A stretch of DNA of 64,000 bases from Octopus sinensis (GCF_006345805.1 NC_043025.1:14322001-14386000), one strand, 5' to 3'; counted from the stretch's first letter, positions 1 through 11,739 are shown. The notes: generated by a model not told the origin, from the sequence alone. Numbers and translations are program-made.

Positions 1-2065
1 CCTCCCTATATCAGATATTTCTGACAGTTGCTAACTTCTTGGCAGGGAGGTATTTCCTGTCTGTCTGTCTGTCTCCCCACCCACCCTTTCTGCTACCCCC
101 CCCCCGCTGCGAAGGGTCCCACATATTAACAACTGGTGGTGGTGATGATGATGAGGAGGATGAGGAGGATGTGGATGTGTGTATTTGTTTCTTTTATTTC
201 ATTCATCAGACTCTGGCCACGCTGGAGCAATACTGCCTTGAAGAACATTAGTTGAATCTACTCTGGTACATATTTTTTGTCTTTTTTGTTTTGTTTTTTA
301 AGCCTGGCTACGTATTCTTTCAGTCTCTTTTTGCCAAACTGCTAAGTCACAAGGACATAAATGCTCTGACACCAGTCGTCAAGCAGTGGTGGGAGACAAA
401 CACACACACACATATAACAGGCTTCTTTCAGTTTCCCTTTACCAAATCCACTCACAAGGCTTTGATCAGCCCATGGCTATATTAGAAGACACTTACCCAT
501 GGGACTATGCAGTGGGACTGAACCTTGAACCATGCACCTACAGAACAGGCTTCTTTCAGTTTCCCTCTACCAAATCCACTCACAAGGCTTTGGTTGACCT
601 GAGGCTATAGTAGAATTTTTTGGCCAAGGTGCCACGCAGTGGGACTGAACCCAGACCCATATGGTAAGGCATATGTGTGGGTGTGAGTGTATGTGTGTAT
701 ATACATATGTGTGTGTGTGTGTGCGTGCATGTGTGTATGCATGTGTATGTGTGCACATGTGTGTGTATGCGTGTGTGTGTGTGTCTTTGTTTGTTGCTCT
801 CCATCATTTTGTGACAACTGGTGATGGTTTGTTTATGTCCCTGCCACTTAGTGACTTCACAAAAAGTGACCAACGAAACAACCACCCAACCCCAATCTAA
901 AGAAGTTGGCCAGTTGGACCCCTAAAAACCATTCCAGACACATTTAGATACAGGCACACACCTGAATGTATCTTGGCTGTGTGGTAAGAAGCTTGCTTCC
1001 CAAACATAGCAATCTGGGTTCAGTCCCACAGTGTGGCACCTTAGGATAGGATCTCCACTTACTTGGGTGAGCCTTTGAGAGTTTTTGGTAGACGGAACTA
1101 AAGAAGCTATCTGTTTGTGAACAAATAAAGACACACACACATAGGAATAGTGGCTGTGTGGTAAGGCTACCAACCACATGGTTCCGGGTTCATTCCCACT
1201 GTGTGGATCTGGGGCAGTTGTCTCCTACTATAGCCTCGGACTGACCAAAGCCTTGTGAGTGGATTTGGTAGACGGAAACTGAAAGAAGCCCATAACATCT
1301 GTGTGAAACAGATAAACAACACACACACATACTTGGAATATATATATATGTATAGAGAGGAAGTGAAGGTAAGGGGTGGGGTTGGGGTGTAGGTGGTGAA
1401 GGGTGTTCAGGGAGGGGGGTGGGGTGTACCAAACATTGGCCACCTACACCACCACCCCCTTCTTTACATTTCACCACCCTTTTCAACATTAGCAGCAGAC
1501 GGGGGTGGGTGGGAGGTTCGAGGGATGGGATTATGGTTTGGATGTTGGAGGGGGGAGTGGATGGGGGGGCGCAGTGGAATGGAGTCAGACGCCTGGGGTG
1601 GCGGCGGTGGTGGTGTTGGTGGTGAGCCTTGGGGGAACAGACAGAGTATGCGGAGGGGAACAGCTCCCTTGATTCTTCAGTTCATCTGAGTCACCACCCT
1701 AGACACACTCCCTCCACACACACACACACACACCTCACACCCCCACCACCACCACCACCACCACCACCACCACCACCACCACCACCACCATCTCCTGTTT
1801 AGCACTTCATAATAATGCATAGGAGATTGTGCTGGTGGTGGCGGTGTTGCTGGCAGTGGTGGTGAGGAAAGCATCGGAGCCTACCTTTTGCTCCTCTCTG
1901 CTCATCCACCCTCTCCTCCTCTTCTGCCTCGTTAAAGAAAGATGATGAAGGGAGTGCGATGCGGGATCTCTGCTCGATCATCACTTCTCCCCCATCACTG
2001 TCTGTGACCATACATATATATATACATACATATGTATATATAATGTATACATACATACATACATT

Positions 2066-2100
<35 letters not shown>

Positions 2101-2459
2101 GTATGCATGTGCACATATATACATGAATATATATATGTGTGTGTGCATGTGTATACACACACACATATATATATACCCACATACACACACATATATGTAT
2201 GTATGTATGTATGTGTATATGTGCGTGTTCATGTATGCGTATGTTTATTGGTGTTCCTTGATGAGAAATAACCCCTTATTTGGTACCCTGGAGTAAGTAC
2301 CTCCAGGGATAGGGTGAAGAGCAGGGTGATGGAGGAGGGGGGCAGTGTTGAGGGGCCCTTTTAGGGGAGGGGGAAGGTCTTCAAAGAATCTCAAAAGTTA
2401 CAGTTGTCTCATAACTGTCTTTTTCCCTTTTTGCATTTTCGTTATATATACACATACAT

Positions 2460-2514
<55 letters not shown>

Positions 2515-2725
2515 CATATACATACAAACATACATATATATACATATATATATAAATATAGGCACAGGAGTGGCTGTGTTGTAAGTAGCTTGCTAACCAA
2601 CCACATGGTTCCAGGTTCAGTCCCACTGCGCGGCACCTTGGGCAAGTGTCTTCTGCTATAGCCTCGGGCCGACCAATGCCTTGTGAGTGGATTTGGTAGA
2701 CGGAAACTGAAAGAAGCCTGGCGTA

Positions 2726-2756
<31 letters not shown>

Positions 2757-3000
2757 GCGTTTGTGTGTCTGTGTTTGTCCCCCTAGCATTGCTTGACAAC
2801 CGATGCTGGTGTGTTTACATCCCCGTCACTTAGCGGTTCGGCAAAAGAGACCGATAGAATAAGTACTGGGCTTACAAAGAATAAGTCCCGGGGTCGATTT
2901 GCTCGACTAAAGGCGGTGCTCCAGCATGGCCGCAGTCAATGACTGAAATGAGTAAAAGAGTAAAGAGTAATATATATACTAGATACATATCTATATATAT

Positions 3001-3056
<56 letters not shown>

Positions 3057-3461
3057 CACACACACATGTTCTTTTCTTTATTTGTTCTTTTGTTTGTTTC
3101 AGCCGTTTGACTGCGGCCATGCTGGAGCACTGCCATTAGTCGAGCAAATCGACCCTGGCACTTATTCTTTGCAGGGCCTAGTACTTATTCTGCCGGTCTC
3201 TTTTGCTGAACCACTAAGTTACAGGGACGTAAACACACCTACATCAGTGTCAAGCGATGCTGGGGGGACAAACAGACACACAAACATATACATATATACG
3301 ATGGGCTTCTTTCAGTTTCCGCCTACCAAATCCACTCACAAGGTTTGGTCGGCCCAAGGCTATAGGAGAAGACACTTGTCCAAGGTGCCATGCAGTGGGA
3401 CTGAACCCTGGACCATGTTGTTGGTAAGCAAGCTACTTACCACACAGTCACTATTTTCATT

Positions 3462-3622
3462 TTATCTTCCCTTACATTTCCAGAGATAATGAATGAGGTC
3501 TCACTGATAAAACCCCACTGCCAGATCAACTGCCCTCTCTCACATGTGAACCTGGCACCTGCTTATCTCAAGATCTGTCAGTTATTATACACGTCGAGAA
3601 GACACAATTGATAATATTCCCC
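3462..3622 (+). promoter_or_regulatory. GATA-site cluster upstream of the defensin ATG, with weak kappaB-like sites
   Basis: WGATAA or TTATCW at 3462, 3484, 3505, 3563 and 3609. GGGGAATATT (reverse strand, 3613-3622) and GGGGTTTT (reverse strand, 3509-3516) each abut a GATA site. Confidence 0.4.
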
Positions 3623-3654
3623 ATTCTCTTCGACAGCAACAGATCTTCTCTACG

Positions 3655-3700
3655 ATGGCGTTCAAAGTGATTTTGGTAATTTTTCTACTCACCTTGTCAG
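3655..3700 (+). CDS. Defensin exon 1 (signal peptide [15 protein letters not shown])
   Basis: ATG at 3655, a basic residue followed by a hydrophobic run, and donor CAG|GTAAAA (phase 1). Confidence 0.88.
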
Positions 3701-4062
3701 GTAAAAATGATTACACTCTTGATCTCCCTACACACACACACATATGAAGGAGTTTGATCATTATGTGGACAACCCTTATGCTAGAAGTAGATCCGCTATG
3801 GTGTTACCACTAAGAAATGTTCTCAAGAAAAATTTAGCAAACACCAGAACGAAAGTGGATCTACTTCTAGCAAAAGGGTTGTCCACATAGTGGTCATCCC
3901 TCTCATATGAATGTAATACAATTTACTGAACCTTCAGATTTTTATATGCTTGACCACAGGTGTGAAATTGATGTTAATTAAATTAATATCCAGTTTCTTA
4001 CCCTTGTTTCAGATTTAAATTTACATACACACACATATATATAAACATATATGTATGTGTGT

Positions 4063-4115
<53 letters not shown>

Positions 4116-5487
4116 CATACAGACACATATACATATATATATGCACACACACGCACTCACACATACACACACACACACACATTTTGCATTTACTGGTATC
4201 TGATTGTTGGATATAGTTAACCAAAGGATAAAAGGCAAAGTCGACCTCGGTGGAATTTGAACTCAGAACACAAAGACAGATGGAATACCACTAAACATGT
4301 GTGCTAACGTTTCTTATTTCTTTATTGCCCACAAAGGGCTAAACACAGAGGGGACAAACAAGGACAGACAAACGAATTAAGTTGATTACATCGACCCCAG
4401 TGCGTAACTGGTACTTATTTAATCGACCCCAAAAGGATGAATGGCAAAGTCGACCTCGGCAGAATTTGAACTCGGAATATAATGGCAGACAAAATGCTGC
4501 TAAGCATTTTGCCCGGTCTGCTAATGTTTCTTGCCAGGTCACTGCCTTAAAGAAATAAATATTAATTAGGAGTATAACTATATTAATTTGGAGTGTGATT
4601 ATATTAACCAGAGATGTTTAAAATGCTTAAATTCAAAAGGAAGTGTAAAAATCTCCATCGGAATAAATGTGTTTTTAATTTTTATTTCCTTATTTTTTAC
4701 TTCCAGGCATCAGTACTGCAACTTCCGAAGGTAAGTGGACCCTATTCTATGCAAGATACAGGAGTTAAAAAAAGAATTAAGTACTGCAAACTAATGGTAG
4801 AGGATGTCCAATAAAGTACCTTGGTGGACACACATGTCCTAGTGGTTACAGCAGCGGACTCGCAGTCGAGGGATCGCGGTTCGAATCTCAGGCCGGGTGA
4901 TGTGTGTGTTTATGAGCGAAACACCTAAGCTCTATGCGGCCCCAGCAGAAGGTAATGGTGAACTTATGCTGACTCTTTTGCCACAACTTTCTCTCACTCT
5001 TTCCTCCTGCATCTTGCAGCTCACCTGTGATGGACAGGCGTCCCATCCAGGTGGGGAACCTATAAACCAAGGAAACCTTAGCAGTTTGCTGTGCTGAAGA
5101 CGACATGTCAAGCCAAACGAAATCTCAGTGGTGGCCAGTGCTGGTGACACATAAAAGACGTGTATGCGAGGGGGGGGGGACATGTGAAAGGCACCCATTA
5201 TACTCTTGGACTGGTTGCCAACTTTTGAACTTTTACCCACCCTATCTTCACACTTTGCCATTCTTTTTCCTTTTTCACTTCTTTCAACCTCTTCTTTTCT
5301 TCTCATTCAACATGCTGGACCGCTGACCTCTACAGGTTTCTTTCAATTTCTCTCTCTTTAATTCTCTTCTCTCTCTCTCTCTCTCTCTCTCTCATCTATC
5401 CATCCGTCTATCTATCTATTTAGTGTGTCTGTCTGTCTCTCTCTATCTATCTATCTATCTGCCTGTTTGTGTGTGTGTGTATATATA

Positions 5488-5533
<46 letters not shown>

Positions 5534-5784
5534 TATATATATATATATATATGTATATATATGTATATATGTCTATATATATATGTTTATATATATATGT
5601 CTATATATATATATATATATATACATACACACACACACACACATATATATATATACATACATATATATATATTATATATATATATATATATGTGTGGAAG
5701 GTTTACGAAAATAAACAAAAGACGAAGGCAGGTGGAGTATATCTATACATACATATATCTGTCCGTCTCTCTCTCTCTGCATAC

Positions 5785-5843
<59 letters not shown>

Positions 5844-6008
5844 TATATCTGTCTGTCTGTCTTCTATTTTCCAGAGAAGGTGCTCAGTGCCCGTGGTGTC
5901 AGCTGCAACGTGATGGGAAACATGGGTTGCTACGTGCACTGTGTCCGCCTGGGACACAGAAGAGGGGGCAGATGTAACGCTGCCAAATCGTGCATTTGTC
6001 ATCTTTAA
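3655..6008 (+). CDS. CS-alpha-beta (invertebrate/insect-type) defensin precursor, 67 aa, 3 coding exons: join(3655..3700,4707..4730,5875..6008)
   Basis: The spliced 204-nt ORF translates to [67 protein letters not shown]. Both introns are GT-AG and phase 1. Cys spacing is C-x7-C-x3-C-x10-C-x5-C-x-C with GGxC. AATAAA lies at 6038-6043. Confidence 0.92.
3741..3909. mobile_element. Small MITE-like element with ~55-bp terminal inverted repeats in defensin intron 1
   Basis: atgtggacaacccttatgctagaagtagatcc is mirrored by ggatctacttctagcaaaagggttgtccacat. Confidence 0.6.
4707..4730 (+). CDS. Defensin exon 2, 24-nt microexon (G-ISTATSE)
   Basis: Long pyrimidine tract ending ttccag, donor AAG|GTAAGT, symmetric phase 1-1. 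Confidence 0.85.
5875..6008 (+). CDS. Defensin exon 3 (end of propeptide plus mature peptide)
   Basis: Acceptor cttctattttccag; reads [11 protein letters not shown]...SCICHL-TAA and contains all six Cys. Confidence 0.93.
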
Positions 6009-6037
6009 ACAACATCAACAACAACAACAAGTGATGC

Positions 6038-6043
6038 AATAAA
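6038..6043 (+). terminator. Polyadenylation signal of the defensin gene
   Basis: AATAAA 29 nt after the stop; a second variant, ATTAAA, lies at 6055-6060. Confidence 0.7.
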
Positions 6044-7076
6044 GCCCAAACAACATTAAAATAATCAAAATGAAAAGTATTCTTATTGTCTTTGTTTTTA
6101 ATTATATTTTAATATACGTATAATTAATAATATTATACACGTCTGTGTGCGTGTATACATTTTATGCGTTTCCACATTTTTAGTTTTATTAAATGGCAAA
6201 TTTATCCAGGCAGGTCACTGCTGCATTACTGATCCCTAGAGATGCCCCCTTCTAGGAGAAAAAAATCGATAAAACTGAACGGACCACCCACTTTTAGCAA
6301 AGTTACACCAAATTGGTGTCAAGTACGGAATAAGGGAAATAACTGCTGAATTCTACCGTCATCTTCGCGAATTATCTCCCCTTTTTCCACACTCGCTGCT
6401 GCAAAGGAAATGGACTGTGGCCATACTGGAGCACTACATTCAATATTTAGTCGATTAGATGGACAGTAGTATTATGTCTGGTGTTTCTCTTCTCGGCAGT
6501 GGATCGGTAGAATAGTCAGTAGGTCAACTGGTTGGAATCCTGGTTCAAATTGTATCGATTTTAGATTTACCTTTTATTTGTTCTGGGGTGGATTTAATAT
6601 TCCTATAAAATATTCTGGATGTGAAGGGATTTATAATAGAAGACTAAGGCAACCTAGAGCAGGGATCGGCAAACCGGGGTAAATTATCCCAAGTGGGGTA
6701 AAAATGAAATTCTTGGGAACAGCAGTAGGGGTTCCTTGGCTATTTTTGCCTTTCATCCTTTCGGGGTCGATAAATTAAGTACCAGTTATGCACTGGGGTC
6801 GATGTAATCGACTTAATCCATTTGTCCTTGTTTGTCCCCTCTGTGTTTAGCCCCTTGTGGGTAGTAAAGAAATATATTTTTAGAAATGATGCCAAAAACC
6901 ATTTTTCAAAGTTTATTTTTAGAAATGATGACAGCAGAACTTTTTGGAGATTTTCTGTGTTTTAGTTATAGGGATAAGATTTTTAAACCCCAAATAAGAT
7001 TAATTTAACCATTGTTTGTTTAAGCTTGGGTTTGAATTTCTTAATAAAATCCTTTTCTTTCAATTTCAATCAGGTT

Positions 7077-7335
7077 TTAAAGTTTATGAAATGGGAATAT
7101 CATAAAAGTTTTCCGACCACATGTTGCCTGATGGTTACTCAGTGGTATTTGGCCGACTTCTGGGTTTTTAATTTGTTGTTGATGCACCCACAAGCATTCT
7201 GATAGTGCATTACCTGTCTGGCCAAAATACGGTTCTTCACAATTTGGGCATTTGATGCAGAAGTTTAAATTTCTGCTTTTGCAGGTCATGTTCGCCTTTG
7301 TGAATATTTTCCCTGTTTTTGTGTTCATATATGGG
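7077..7335 (-). mobile_element. Penelope-like retroelement remnant (GIY-YIG endonuclease fragment)
   Basis: Translation TCKSRNLNFCIKCPNCEEPYFGQTGNALSECLWVHQQQI matches the CxxC-YIGxT-x3-L-xx-R-xxx-H pattern of PLE GIY-YIG domains, in degenerate form. Confidence 0.7.
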
Positions 7336-9380
7336 CCGATATATATATATATATAAATATGCCGGTGGAACATAAAAAGCACCATCCGAACATGGCCAAT
7401 GCCAGCACCACCTTGACTGGCTTCCGTGCTGGTGGCACGTTAAAAGCACCAACTGATTGTGGCCGATGCCGGTGGCACGTAAAAAGCATCCACTACACTC
7501 GCAGAGTGGTTGGCATTATGAAGGGCATCCAGCTGTAGAAACACTGCCAGATCAGACTGGAGCCTGGTGCAGCCTCCTGGCTTCCCAGACCCCGGTCGAA
7601 CCGTCCAACTCATGCTAGCACGGAGAACGGACGTTAAACGATGATGATGATGACGATGTGTGTGTGTGTGTGTGTGTATGTAGGCATAGGAGTGGCTGTG
7701 TACATCGCTTGACAACTGATGCTGGTGTGTTTACATCCCCATAGCTTAGCGATTCAGCAAAAGAATCCGATAGAATAAGTATTAGGCTTACAAAGAATAA
7801 GTCCAGGAGTAGGGGGGGAATCAATTTGTTCGACTAAAGGCAGTGCTCCAGCATGGCCGCAATCAAACGACTGAAACAAATAAAAGAACAAAAGACTACA
7901 TATATTCACACACACACACACACGTATGTGTTTGTGTATCAAGAGAGAAAGGAACAAAAAAACAAAGTAAAAACACAAAGTTTTATGTCAGAAGATTTCA
8001 GATTTTTCGCTTGAATTGAAGAGTCAAGAGTCATGAAATGTTTTAACAAAAATATAGCATTATACATACATGCATGTTATGTGAGTGTGTGTATATACCG
8101 TATTTTAACGTGTATAAGGAACCCCTTAAATTTGGGGGCTTAAAATTTGAAACAAAAAAAAGGTTTTGTAAGGGATTATAATATTATCCATGTATAAGAA
8201 ACTCCCATTTTTTTTTACCTAATTTTTGATAAATAAGGGTTCCTTAGACACATTAAAATACAGTATATATAAGTATGTATGTTTGTATTATGTGTGTGTT
8301 TATATATATATATATACACACACATATATATGTATGTATGTATGCATGTTTGTATTATGTGTGTTTATATGTATATATACACACACATATAAATATATAT
8401 GTATGCATTTTGTATGAATGTGTGTGTATGTATATGTATATATACACACAAATATATATATGTAGGTATGTATATTTATATATACATGTATCTTTATATA
8501 TACATATATATACACATTTATATACAAATATATATGTATGTATGCATGCATGTTTGTATTATGTATGTGTGTGTTTATATGTATATATATACACACACAT
8601 GTATGCATGGTTGTATGAATGTGTGTGTATATATACTCACAAATATATAGGTGTGTGTGTGTTTTGTGTGTAGGTATGTATATTTATATATACATGTATC
8701 TTGTATTTACAAAAATATAATTATATAAATAATATACATTGAAATAATGAGTTCTTATTTCCGGTTTCATTGTATTAAATGAGAAAGAGTGCTGGAAATA
8801 GCAGCCAAATCTCCCTCGAATGACATGGCCTGTACCACCACTTTCTAAGAAAATAGCATGTTGGATGTTGGATATGACTGCGAGTTCTTTGTACATAGGA
8901 AAACAGACGTGATGGTCATAGGTGGAATGTCTTCTTTGGTGGCAACTCTGCTGGATGATGCCTGACCTGGGGGCTAAACAACATTTGTATACAATGCACG
9001 AACACAATTTCATACACATATATACACACCAAGATATACATACATACACAACATATAATATACATTTATATACATATATATATGAGAGAGAGAGAGATAA
9101 ATAGATATACATGCACACACATATAGCCACATATCCATACACACATCCACAACATGCGTATGTATGTATGAATATTTTTTTTTTTACTTGTTTCAGTCAT
9201 TTGACTACAGCCATGCTGGAGCACCGCATTTAGTCGAGCAACTCGACCCCGGGACTTATTCTGTTGTAAGCCCAGTACTTATTCTATCGGTCTCTTTTGC
9301 CGAATCGCTAAGTGACAGGGACGTAAACACACCAGCATCGGTTGTCAAGCAATGCTAGGGGGACAAACACAGACACACAA

Positions 9381-9427
<47 letters not shown>

Positions 9428-9588
9428 TATATACGACGGGCTTCTTTCAGTTTCCGTCTACCAAATCCACTCACAAGGTTTTGGTCGGCCTGAGGCTATA
9501 GTAGAAGACACTTGCCCAAGGTGCCACGCAGTGGGACTGAACCCGGAACCATGTGGTTGGTTAGCAAGCTACTTACCACACAGCCACT

Positions 9589-9622
<34 letters not shown>

Positions 9623-9904
9623 ATAAATACAGACAGCACAAGACGTTCATTGAGATTACTTTGGGGACAAAGTCTCTTAGTTTACAGTAACTGATAACAT
9701 TAAGCAGAGCATAGAACAATTAGCGTTTAAGATCCAGTAATTTTGATAACAATAACAACCATTTGATAACATTATCCCTCACCAGAAGAAGCAGCTTTCA
9801 CTGTGTACATACCAGCATAAATTACATACACACACACACATATATATATACACATATATACATACATATTAAGAGACAGACACACAGTCACACGTGTCCA
9901 CTGG

Positions 9905-10429
9905 TCAATGGGATTTGATACAAACGTAGATGCCGACATGTATAATAGTGTTCTTGTCCTTGTCAAACGACACCTCGTATGTCCACCTGTCGCCCTTCTT
10001 CTCCGCCAGTAAGCAATGCACATAGTCCATGGTCCTGTAAACCAAAAGATATCTGGGTTTGTCAGCCGAACAGTTCAACCATTTTACGGCCTTCATGTGG
10101 CCCTCACATTCGTAGAGGCGGACGCACTTGTTGTCCAGGAATTGCTCAGCCGTACCCGACGGGTAGTTGTCGACCACATCGAACAGAGAATAGACATCGC
10201 AGAGGGCCAGGCCGAACCACTTACCGTAGCATTCGTAGAAGACCCTCATCGTTGTGGTGGGTAAAGTGCTCCAGAACCGCTCCTCCTGTTCGGAACTTTC
10301 GATTTTCTCCCGTATCCGGCTGATGTTCCGTAGGATACTCCTCAGGGGAACATTCAGGTGGAGCAGCCGTCTGTAGCGGCGGAAATTCTTGTAAAACTGC
10401 CTCAGTTGGCGAGAATAAGATAGGGACAT
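9905..10429 (-). CDS. Unidentified intronless ORF2, 174 aa (MSLSYSRQLRQFYKNF...GIYVCIKSH)
   Basis: Non-repetitive globular-looking sequence with visibly G/C-rich third codon positions in an AT-rich window. ATG has A at -3 and starts 2 nt after the ORF1 stop. I recognise no family. Confidence 0.7.
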   Translation of the reverse strand: MSLSYSRQLRQFYKNFRRYRRLLHLNVPLRSILRNISRIREKIESSEQEERFWSTLPTTTMRVFYECYGKWFGLALCDVYSLFDVVDNYPSGTAEQFLDNKCVRLYECEGHMKAVKWLNCSADKPRYLLVYRTMDYVHCLLAEKKGDRWTYEVSFDKDKNTIIHVGIYVCIKSH

Positions 10430-10431
10430 GT

Positions 10432-11700
10432 TCAGATCAAACAGGCGTTGGAGGTAGTGTTGGTGTTGGTTGTGGTGGTTGCGGAGGTGGCTTCGGTGGC
10501 TGTGGCCGTAGTATGGATCTTTCGACCAGGGAACAGCAATTCCAGGTAATAACCCTGCTGGAAGGCACAGGACAGCCTCACCATCGGAGATTCCCTCTCT
10601 TTGATTCTCAAATACTTCAATTTCTCAAAGTTGTTGGGACACGAATGTAGGATCTCGAAGGAAGATGTTGGCGCCACACACAAATGCTTCCTCAGGTTAT
10701 CCAAAGACACCTCCAAATGTTGTTTCGTTTCTGGTACATCTATGTTCCGCTGTAGCCTTGCCTTGATCTTGCCCCGGATGCCGGATGAACAAACCATTCG
10801 GCTTTTACCGAGCTGACTCCCTAACTCGCTCCTCAATATATTCAGAGGGTCCCCATCCAGCTCAAGATCCTTCTCACACTCACCGCCCTCCATCGCCGCT
10901 CCATTCGACGGGATGCCACTCTCTGCCATGTCTAAGTCCACCTCGTATTTCTCGTTCTGCGATGGAGTCGTGTCCCAAATATTATACTTGGACTCACCCA
11001 GGAAACGTCCTTCGGGATTTCCTTGTTGTGGAATAGAAACATCAAATCGCTGATCCGGCATCGGATAACATCCGTGGGAAGCAACCGAATGCTCCTGGTG
11101 TTGTTGCTGTTGTTGTTGGTGGTGGTTCTCTTCTGCTTCCTCCTCCATCTCATCTTTATAATCCGTGCTGACCGTCCCTTCACATTTGGGCCTGTCTCTG
11201 TGAGACGTGTCAAAGGTCAGAGCGGCCGAACCGGGGTCAGCGGACGAGTCCAGCTGCAGATAATTAAAGGAGTCGCACGTCGACCGTTTCCTTTCTGAAG
11301 TGGTGGTCGCATTTATGTTGATGTTGTTGATGCTGTTGTTGCTGGAGGCGGTGGTGTCGGAGGTGGTGGCCACCATCATCGCCGCCGCCGCCGCCGTCGT
11401 CGTCGCCTGTTCCGTGTAAGTCAAACCTTGACCTTCGACCTCGATCAACTTCGACGCCGACGGTTTCGCCATCAACAGCCTCAAAGGTCGGTATTTCTCG
11501 TCGAAGTAGCGCAGGGCGAATTCGATCTCTCTTCCCCTCGATTCGCCGCAGACCCTCTCCTCCCCCTCCATCTCCCCCTCCTCCTCGGTCGATCTCCACA
11601 TTTCGGACAAATAGGCGTTGGTCGTGATTCCGGCCTCGAACACCTCCGACCACATCTGCCTGACCACTTCGATGTTCTGGCCAAACGGATGGACGCCCAT
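10432..11700 (-). CDS. Unidentified intronless ORF1, 422 aa (MGVHPFGQNIEVVRQ...NACLI)
   Basis: 1269-nt open frame with GC3 bias up to the stop and a good Kozak context (agcATGG). Two ordered-looking blocks are separated by Thr/Ala/Asn/Gln/His/Glu low-complexity linkers. I recognise no family. Confidence 0.75.
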   Translation of the reverse strand: MGVHPFGQNIEVVRQMWSEVFEAGITTNAYLSEMWRSTEEEGEMEGEERVCGESRGREIEFALRYFDEKYRPLRLLMAKPSASKLIEVEGQGLTYTEQATTTAAAAAMMVATTSDTTASSNNSINNININATTTSERKRSTCDSFNYLQLDSSADPGSAALTFDTSHRDRPKCEGTVSTDYKDEMEEEAEENHHQQQQQQHQEHSVASHGCYPMPDQRFDVSIPQQGNPEGRFLGESKYNIWDTTPSQNEKYEVDLDMAESGIPSNGAAMEGGECEKDLELDGDPLNILRSELGSQLGKSRMVCSSGIRGKIKARLQRNIDVPETKQHLEVSLDNLRKHLCVAPTSSFEILHSCPNNFEKLKYLRIKERESPMVRLSCAFQQGYYLELLFPGRKIHTTATATEATSATTTTNTNTTSNACLI

Positions 11701-11739
11701 GCTGGAGCACTCTTCTCTCTCTTTTTCTCTCTCTCTCTC

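Noticed and set aside
1799-2001. GC-rich exon-like stretch (- strand [14 protein letters not shown]...; + strand signal-like IVLVVAVLLAVV)
   Set aside because: There is no pyrimidine tract at the - strand acceptor and no partner exons. The + strand hydrophobic frame has a stop and no ATG. It is probably repeat-derived and remains unresolved.
5875-6008. Scorpion-type K+ channel toxin identity for the six-Cys peptide
   Set aside because: It lacks the K-C-x-N toxin signature (it has R-C-N-A); a defensin is the better call, though venom use is untested.
10430-10624. Programmed -1 frameshift or TURBS reinitiation signal between ORF1 and ORF2
   Set aside because: I found no canonical slippery heptamer or UGGGA motif by eye; non-canonical mechanisms are not excluded.
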